Shown piece after piece: positions 13,085 through 23,048 of a DNA stretch of 64,000 nucleotides (positions within the stretch are counted from its first letter, which is position 1; each line of letters opens with the position of its first letter). The notes under the pieces were generated by a model. That model was not told the origin of the DNA, did no database searches, and worked only from the letters and a program-made list of their open reading frames with translations. Origin of the DNA: Octopus vulgaris (Eukaryota); contig OX597819.1 in the NCBI GenBank assembly GCA_951406725.2, positions 129,580,001 through 129,644,000 on the forward strand. The letters are read 5' to 3'. A program made the position numbers and the translations under genes.

Positions 13085-13230
13085 ATATAAGAGGGATGAC
13101 CTGTATGTGGACATCGATTATGCTAGAAGAAGATCCACTATGGTCTTACCATTCCTTTGTTAGTGGTAAGACCATAGTGGATCTTCTTCTAGCAAAATGG
13201 ATGTCCACTAACAAGTCATCCCTCTTATAT
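13085..13230. repeat. Long hairpin/inverted repeat (31-bp perfect stem, arms extend to ~65 bp)
   Basis: 13121-13151 is the exact reverse complement of 13164-13194; outer arms ataagagggatgac/gtcatccctcttat and gtggacatc/gatgtccac. Confidence 0.92.
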
Positions 13231-13501
13231 AATAGTTTCAGTATTAAAGTGAAAGTATTAAAGTGAAAGCATCTGATATTACAATAGAGAGATGTTTTTG
13301 TTTCACTTTTAACACGTAATACTGAAATAGTGGAGAAGATATGATATTGTTGTGGGCTCACCCTATGCAAGAAGTTAGAAGTTTTTTTTGCCCATGACAC
13401 TACATGGACCCTAAGTAAGGCATGTGTAAAATTTGAATGAAATTGGTTGTGTAGTTCTCAAGTTTTAGGGATTCACACAGACAGACAGACACACATTCTC
13501 A

Positions 13502-13970
<469 letters not shown>

Positions 13971-14036
13971 TTGTTTCAAGCCTTATGTACGTTTATTTTA
14001 TTCACTTTATTTACTCAGTGTTTTGTTTCTTTTCAG

Positions 14037-15321
14037 CAGTCACAGTTTCACTCGGCTTCTAAGTCGACTCTGCTCAATAAAGCAGTGCATGACATATCTG
14101 ACTCGGATGCAACAGAAGAACCAGAGTCTCTCCCAGACTCAGAACCTGACTCTGATGTTACAGTTGATCCTGATACCTTAGCATACAATAGTGGTCAAGA
14201 TCTCTTTTCTGACTATTCCAATAACTCTTTTGATAAGGCGGACACTGTAGTCACACCTTGTCTATCTACGGAACTTTTGAAAATAATGTCTTCAAAAAAA
14301 TCCAGACAAGAAACACATGCAATTTCTGAAAGTGATTCTGACTCGGAAAGCGAACAAAATTCTAGAAGTAAATACAATTCCAAGCACCATGTCCAGAAGT
14401 TATCCAGTTCTGTCAAAGTCGATTCCAGAAAGCATCAGAATCCCTGCCGCGAGAATGGCTCTCGGTCTTCTTCACATGAATCCAGACAGAAAGCTAATAA
14501 AACAAATCATCATACTCTTCAACATAGCTCTTCTTCATCTTCAAAAGATAGTTCTAATTCTTCAAAAAAATCATCGCATAAACCTGATAGTTCAGCTGTT
14601 AACGGGTCAGAATTATTTTCAAATCCAGTAAATTTATGTCATCGTTCGTCTTCTCTGCCCAGCCAATCAAACAATTCATCGACATCAAAGAAGACATCCC
14701 ATTCTTCTCCTACTCCTACTCCTACTCCTACCCCTAAGAAAACATCCCATACAGAAAAGGCTACGAATCAAAATAATACTTCATCTTCTTTGAACTCAAA
14801 AATGCATGATATTTTTGGAAGTGATTCTGATGAAGATTTTGTTGTAAATAACAATTCTAGTGATAGCGAGAATGAGAGCAGTAGCAACAGTGATGTAAAT
14901 GGCAACTCACCAGAGACAAACTCCCATAGTCCCATGACACATTCATCATCAAGTCATCATAAAATGTCACCATCATCTTCACATTCATCTTCTTCATCTT
15001 CTGCATCAAGTTCTTCAGATTCAGATTCAGATTCAGATGATGATAACTCAAGCGTTGATACGCATTCGCCAAAATCTAAAATCAAAAGTGTTAAGTCAGA
15101 CAGCTCTGACACTTCCCACAAACCCTCCAAAACAAACTCTTCAGGTAAAAGCTCTGTCACATCAACAACTGAAACTGCCTTAGACAAATTGGTTTCATCA
15201 TCTGAAGACAGTGAAACTGTTAAAAGAAAACGGCCAGTCACACCAACCAAACTTATTTGCAGGTTTGGAACTGCTTGTACAAGAAAAAATCCTACACATT
15301 GGGAGGACTTTGAGCATCATG
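14037..15321 (+). CDS. TDP1: TDP1 exon A: large Ser/Asp-rich N-terminal exon ending in a PBZ zinc finger
   Basis: Acceptor tttcag|CAG at 14036/14037 (NAGNAG alternative 14040). Open frame for 428 codons, first in-frame ATG at 14286. Donor CATG|gtaatt, phase 1, matching the next exon. The 5' boundary is less certain than the 3' boundary. Confidence 0.85.
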
Positions 15322-15917
15322 GTAATTATTATATTTTCCCTTTTTCTTTGCCCTTTTATTTATTGTTGTTTATCAAAAAATTGTTCTGGTTGGCTAGCGG
15401 TTATATAAATTTTTGTAGTTTATATAGTATTTTTTAAAATTGCACAGAATTGAAAGCCAAATCTTTCGAAGCCGTGTATCAACAATACGATATTCCTTTT
15501 CAAGAATGCACCATCAGTGATGTTTCTGGGGTCTCAAGAGATTTCAGCCCTTTCAACATCAGGACACTTTGCTCAGTTGACCCACCTGGTTTATTGAATA
15601 AAAAATATTCCAGAAAAATGCCTACAAATTATTTAAACCTGGATATATATATATATATATATTCTACCAAATATATACGTTTTTATTATTATTTTGCATT
15701 TTACTTAATCATTGGTATATTATTGTTATTTTATTTTCAACATTTCTATTATATGTAATTTTCTAAATGGTGTAATTTAATTGTTCATTTTGAATTGATA
15801 ATAGGTGGTTTTTTTCTAATTTTTATATATATATATATTATATTTTGTGAAATCTGATTTAGTAGTTCTAAATTGAATTTTTCCCTGTAAGTTAGGAATA
15901 ATATTCTGTTATATAAT

Positions 15918-15968
<51 letters not shown>

Positions 15969-16756
15969 CTTACACCTGATTGTTCAGCTGTTAATGGGTC
16001 AGAATATTAGACTATTTTCTTTAGTCATTACTCGGTGATCACTTATAAGCTTTAATCTTATAAGATATCATCATCATCATTTATAGAATTGTAAAAAATC
16101 AACACTGCTTACCATAAACCATCGAGCGTGCACGCATGCACATGCACATGTCTGTATGTGTGTGTATATCCATCTATCTATCTATCTCATATCCTCCATT
16201 ACTTTCCCTTTGCACACTTATGAAAGTAGCCATTCTCTCTCTCCTTCCTCTTGCCAACAGTCTGTTATGCTCTCTTATTCTCACCTTTTTGTACCTTGAG
16301 AGTTTGCTCTGGCACTCCATCACTACCTTCTTTTTATCTCCTTCACAACTGCTCCCATCCATCCTATGTATATAATGTTGGGAAACCATATATCTCCTCT
16401 GTTGCAAGACACCTATGCCTGTCCCTCTATTATACTCTAGCCTCTCTATTCTTAACATAAAGCTACTTCCCCCCTCTCGAAATCTCCTCCACCCAGTTAA
16501 TTGTGGGAGCTGTTTGCTTTTCCATTTTTCCTGTACTTTTCCTGACTTGCAGGTTACTTGGCAACCTCACTAGCGCTGGTGCCACAAAAAAAAGCAATGA
16601 ACATGCATTGTAAAGTGGTTGGCTTTAGGAAGGCATCCAACCATGGAAACCATGCTGAAGTTGACACTGGAGCTTGGCACAGCCCTGCAGCTCATCAGAT
16701 CCTGTCAAACTGTCCAACTCATGCCAACATGGAAAACGAACATTAAATGATGATGA

Positions 16757-16787
<31 letters not shown>

Positions 16788-17789
16788 GTGGAAGCGTAAT
16801 GGCCCAGTGGTTAGGGCAGCGGACTCGCGGTTTCGATTCCCAGGCTGGGCATTGTGAGTGTTTATTGAGCGAAAACACCTAAAGCTCCACGAGGCTCTGG
16901 TGGAGGGGGGTGGGTGGCGATCCTTGCTGTACTTTTTCCCCACAACTATGTCTCACACTTTCTTCTGTTGGCCTGCTCGCTTAGCCAGCGGGGTGGCGTC
17001 GTTTGAAGGCTAAAACAATGTAAAGCGCATTGTGACCAGCGATGTGTAACAACATCTGACAGCCTGGTCGGTCACGGGGATCATGGTGGTATATGTATAT
17101 ATGTAGAAAGAGCAGTAAACAATATTTAATTACAAGTTTCATGATTAAATTTTTTATTTGCAGAGATTGAGGAGAAGAAACCTTCTGTGAAGAAACAAAA
17201 GGCAAATAATGACTCGCCGCCTGCTGCTGCTTCAGTGTCTAAGTCTCCTGTTGTCTCCCCAACGACAGAGAAAAAGTCTCAATCGGGGGATAAGCCAATG
17301 AGCTTAGAAAAGTCTATCCGTACAACATACCGTGAGGGTCAACCTTTCAGCTTCTTTCTTACTCGTGTTAAAGGGATTAGTTCACAGTACAATTCCTCTT
17401 TTGTCATGGGAATCTCTGGTAAGTAATTTTTTTCTTCTTTTTACCCTAATTCATATTTTTTTCTTCTTACTTGTTTTTCTTTTTTTTTAACACCCTGTAC
17501 ACTATGGATCTCTATTGCAATCAGACCTGGACACAATGCAGCAGTGGATCATGGACTGGCAACTCAAGCTGGCTGTGGACAAATGTACCACCATGCATTT
17601 TGGGAGGAAAAACCCAGCGTCTACCTACTCCCCCCACAATACTAATCTCAAAAAATCTTCGTGTGAATGTGACTTGGGTGTTATTGTCGATAGCGATTTG
17701 CGTTGGACAAAACACATCGCTAAAATTGCCAAGAAGGCTGAGGGTGTCTTGGCATCACTCACCAAGTCCTTTGTGAGCTGCTCTCCGGC

Positions 17790-17828
<39 letters not shown>

Positions 17829-20800
17829 TGTGTACAGTGCTCAGGTGCACTACAACTCATCTAAAGTCTATATATAATCAGGTGAAGTTTCGGCGGATTT
17901 CGGAAAGCATGAGGGCCTTAAAAGATGCAGTGTCATGGCAGTCAACAACTGACGCAGGCAGTTTATTCCATGCTTCAGCAACTCTGAGCGTGAAAAAATG
18001 TTTCCGAAAGTCATGGGAGCTGTATTGTTTTCTGACTTTGTAGGCATGTCCACGTGTGTTAGACACATGGAGATCAAAAAGGTGTTCAGTGTTGTTGTTG
18101 GTGAGGTGGTTGATAACTTTGTGGGTGTTTACCAAGTCCGTCGCCAAACGCCGGAGCTTCAGTGAATCCATGCCCAGGGAAACAAGGCGCTCAGAATATG
18201 GTAGGTGTCTGATGGAGGGTATGCGTTTGGTTGCACGTCTCTGAACAGATTCCAGGAGGTCAATGTTCTGTGCAAGATAGGGGTTCCAAACTGATGATGC
18301 GAATTCCAAGTGTGGTCGTACCATAGCTGTATACAGTTTTAAATAGATGGCTGGAGAGCGGCTAACAAAAGACCTGCTGAGTGATGCCAAGACACCCTCG
18401 GCCTTCCTGACAATCTTAGAGATATGCTTTAACCAACGCAAATCACTGCTGACAGTGATGCCTAGGTCACGCTCGCAAGAGGATTTCTTGATATCAGTGT
18501 TGTGGAGGGAGTATGTGAACGCAGGGTTTTTTCTCCCAAAATGCATGGTGGTACACTTGTCCACAGCCAGTTTCAGTTGCCAGTCTGTGATCCATTGCTG
18601 CATTGTGTCTAGGTCTGATTGCAGGAAAGAGTTGTAGACATCAGGATCTGTCCTCTTGATTTCAAGGTACAGCTTGATGTCGTCTGCATATTTCAATACT
18701 GTGGCATTCCTTAAATTGGCATCTATGTCGTTAATGTATGCCACAAACAAGAGGGGGCCAAGGACAGATCCCTGTGGTACACCCGATGACATCTCATATG
18801 GTGTAGAGTGCTGTCCTAGAACTGTGACTACCTCCTTTCGGCTGAGGATGAAGGATTTCAACCAGTTAAAAAGGTCATCCCCCACACCCATTGCAGAGAG
18901 TTTCACCATAAGCCTTTTGTGTGGCACAGAGTTGAAAGCCTTAGCAAAGTCAAGGTAGACAACATCCACCCATGAGCCACTGTCAGTAATCTGAGTAATG
19001 TCCTCAAGGAACTCGACAAGCTGGTCACTGCAGCTGGAGTTAGGGACAAATCCATATTGTGGGGGTCGGATGAGACTGTGAGAGCTCCAGAAGTTCCAGA
19101 GTGTTTCTCTGACACACGATTCCATCAGTTTTGCAATACAGCTAGTGAGACTGACTGGGCGATAGTTGACAGGTGATGTGCGGTCGCCCTTTTTGAACAG
19201 AGGAATGACACTGGCAGTTTTCCACTGCTCCGGAGTAGCACCATTGTTGAGACAGTACTGGAAGAAAATAGAAAGCTGGTGTAAAAGGAAGTGCCTGCCA
19301 CGTTTGAGAAGCAGGTATGTAACTCCATCGAGACCAGGGGAGGCATAGTTGCGCTTATTTTGAAGGTGACATCGCAGCATTGCAGGTGTAAATTCCATAG
19401 TTGTTATGGAGTTTGCTGTTAGTGATGGTGAAGATGGTACATTTTGACTTTCAACAGTGAATATGTTTGCATAGCACTCGGCAATGAGTTCTGCGCATTC
19501 CTTGGGGTCGTCAGTGATCTGGTTTGTGTGAGGGTTGCGAAGAGGGCCCACTGGAGAGTGAGGTCTCTGCTTTGAGTGCACATATTTCCAGAAAACCTTG
19601 CTGTCAGGATTGGCTGCTATGCACTGTTCAAATTCAAGCACTGCTTTTTTTGTCACTTGCTTGAGATGGTTGGAGGATTTATTCCGCTTCTTCCTGTTGG
19701 TGTCTGATTTATGCAACCTGTATTCCCGTTCAGCAGTCCGACGTTCCCTCCTGGCAAGTCGGACCGCTGAAGTTTCCCAAATTGCCCTTTTGGGGCGGTT
19801 CTTCTTTTTTTGTTTACGTGGCACTGATGCTGCACATGCTGCCCATATTGAGTCCAGGATACTCTGGAGTATAGTATTCACATCTCCAGAGTTGTAGAAT
19901 TCACGCCAGTTTGGGTGCTGTAGTTCAGTGTGGTACAGGTTCCAATCTGCTCTCTTCCAATCGAAGGAAGCAGATTGGAGATGGTTCAGGTTTTTGTTGC
20001 CCGCAAGAGCCAGATTGGCGATGATCATAGCATGATCAGAGTCACCTAGAGGTTCCTCCGTAGTGCAATTGATAACCGCTTCAGGAGTTGTGGTGAAGAG
20101 CAGGTCCAAGGTGTTGTCGCCTCTTGTTGGAGAGGTGACTACTTGTGACCAGTTTGAGTCCAGCACAAGCTCAACAAAATCGTTTGCACTCTGTGGCCAA
20201 TGGAAGGTCTCCCAATCGATCTCAGGATGATTGAAATCGCCTGCAATAAACACATAAGTGGCTGTTTTCCTGGCAGCAGCTCGGAGGACATTGCAAAGCT
20301 GTGTGTCCCGATGGTAACTTGGGGGACGATAAACAACGCCAAGCAGGAGTGTTGACATGGTCATACGCACGTCACAGAAAAAACTTCTTCTTGTGATTCG
20401 TTCAAATCGGCACAAGGAATTACCAAAAAATTTGAACGAACGTAGACCATCACACCACCACCACGGCGGTTAGTGCGGTCCTTACGGAAGAGGTTGTACC
20501 CCGTAATGTTGAAAACCCCATCACAGAGTAAGGAATGCGCCCATGTTTCCGTGACAGTGATGAAGTCAGGGTCAACACTTCTGACGTAGGCGTTGAACAA
20601 ATGTATTTTGTTGCATAAACTGCGAGCATTTAAGGACAACAATTTGTACCCTGCTCGCAGTTTATGATGGTGTGTAGAGGATGGCAGGTTGTTCTGGCTT
20701 AGTTTCCCTGAGTTGCTGTAGTTTTTTTAGTTATTGTGGGTAGAGAGCACTCAGACCAGCTGGTATCTCTTCCACGTTTCAGCAGTCTTGACAAATCTCC

Positions 20801-22467
20801 AGATTTGTCCATCTTCCCGAAGACTGAAGCTTTCCTGTAGAGCTGAGTTCCTATTCAGGGAAGCCACTACACGTAGCTTTGGGCGTACATCGGACGGTAA
20901 GCCTGGGCGTGTTCGGAAGGTGGTCCGATTTTCCCGCCCAGCTTTAACTGAGGCCAGATGGTAAGAGGTTGCCTCAGTGGGGTCCGTAAAAGACAACTTG
21001 ATGAGCCTAGGTTTTGGGCCAGGTCGTCCAAGGCGGATAGCACCCGTTGGGGGAACGCAGCCTAGGTCTTTGGCTGAGTTGGCAGCAAAAGCCTGAAGAT
21101 CAGCCATGTCTTCTGGCACCCCAATGGCAATGACTTCATGGGTGGCAGAATCCGCGGTCTTAAATGCGACAAGAGGTACAGGTACAGGGAGGTTCTTTAG
21201 CAGAGCATTCCGATAAGACCCCTCATTGTGGAGTCCAACCTGAATGGTTGCTTTTATTCCTGCTACTTCCCCTTTTAAAGCACAGATCGATTGTTGCAGT
21301 TCTGCAAGAACCGCACTGGTCAATTGGTGTTGTTGTTGTTGCTGCTGTTGCTCTGGTTGTGGTTGATTTTGTTGTTGCTGTTGTTGTTGTTGATGTTGTT
21401 GTTGCTGCTGCTCTGGTTGTGGTTGATTTTGTTGTTGCTGCTGCTCTGGTTGTGGTTGATTTTGTTGTTGCTGCTGCTGCTGCTCTAGTTGTTGCTGCTG
21501 CTGTTGTTGTTGCTGTTGTTGTTGCTGCTGCTCTGGTTGTGGTTGATTTTGTTGTTGCTGCTGTTGCTGTTCCGCCTCCTCCACGGGAGTGGCAGGGGGA
21601 GACACAATCGTCGGTTGTGGAGGCACGCAGGCCTGACACTGAAAAGTCCAAGATTTAAGCTGAACCATCTTCCAGAGTCTATCCATCATAGCATTATGAT
21701 GGCTCTTTTTTTGGCCTGGGATCTTCTGAAAGTCCGTGGCACATTGGAGGCAGACAGAGATGAGACATGTCCCACATTCGACCCAGCGATTACGGAACGT
21801 ATTTTCGGGTTCCGTACAGATGTGGCAGGTGTGATTTTCTGGGCAGTGTTCTATTTTAGAGCAGCGACCAGTCTTATCGCACGCCGCTATGGATTTCACC
21901 ATGGCGATTCTGTTGGTTCTGGTCATCCGTAGAGACAGAAAATGTATCTACGGCTTTATATAGTTATGGTGTGACCAAGAGAATACCCTCCATCAGGCAT
22001 TTTCCATATTCTGAACACCTTACTTCCCTGGGCACGGACACATTGAAACTCCGACATCTGGCAGCTGACTTGGCAGACACCCATAAAATTATTAACCATC
22101 TTACAAACAATAACTTTGAGCACCTTTTCAAACTCCACCTGTCTAACACCCGTGGACATGTTTACAAAGTCAGAAAACAGCACAGCTCCCATGACTTTCG
22201 GAAACATTTTTTTCACGCTGAGAGTTGCTGAAGTATGGAACAAACTGCCGGCATCAGTTGTTAGTTGTCGGAGCACTGCATCCTTCAAAACTTCCATGAT
22301 TCCTGAGATTCGTCAACACTACACCTGATTTTCACCCCTCCATACACACACAAGCATGTATCTAACTCATACACTGTTCGCTTCCCAGACATTTGTACAT
22401 TACTGCATATACTTTATACGCACTTTCTGACAAGTTGTGGTGCACCTGAGCACTATATACAATAATT

Positions 22468-22516
<49 letters not shown>

Positions 22517-22990
22517 TTTTTTTTCTTCTTCTTTCAAATTTGCTATCATTTCTTGCCGAGTGTCTTCCCGACTCCTAGGGCAAAGAAACTCATAGTATAC
22601 ATTGGTAGGCCATTAAACCAAACTCAGTAGTTCGTTCATTTTTTTTTTTTTTTTTTTTAAAGTTAAATTAAAATACATGAGCAGCAACAGTTCTCACATC
22701 GACAATGCTCTTCTCAATACGTGTGATGTACCAGTTAAGACAATCTTTTGCACTTCTTGCAGGGATGATAAGCCAGGGATCATTCTCATATAATTTTTGG
22801 TTCCCTTCTTGATCATTCCTAGTGCTCCTACGATCACTGGTATTGTAACCGCCTTGAGATGCCACATTTTCTCAATTTCAATGAGTAGGTCTTTATATTT
22901 TCTGAGCTTGTCAAACTCTTTCGCTGAGATATTATGATCACAGGGGATGCTCATGTCGATCAATAAGCAAACTTTATTGTTTTGGTCTTT

Positions 22991-23048
<58 letters not shown>

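Larger units (their letters stand above)
17791..21944 (-). mobile_element. Near full-length CR1-clade LINE retrotransposon, antisense in a TDP1 intron
   Basis: ORF1 plus APE-RT ORF2, short 3' UTR with a GTGC-ACCTGA-GCAC stem-loop and an (ATT)n tail at 17791-17829. The C-terminal TRGH..K....RKHFF..RV...WN.LP motif is typical of CR1. Confidence 0.95.

Noticed and set aside
13971-15437. 488-aa single-exon gene as given in the ORF track
   Set aside because: Both ends run into intronic sequence; it is a TDP1 exon bounded by splice sites at 14037 and 15321.
15500-15575. Possible hammerhead cores on the minus strand (CTGATG...GAAA)
   Set aside because: Core and stems too degenerate to support.
21164-21932. 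Poly-Val/Leu/Thr ORFs that look like membrane or mucin proteins
   Set aside because: Alternative frames and the antisense strand of the CAA/CAG tract in LINE ORF1.
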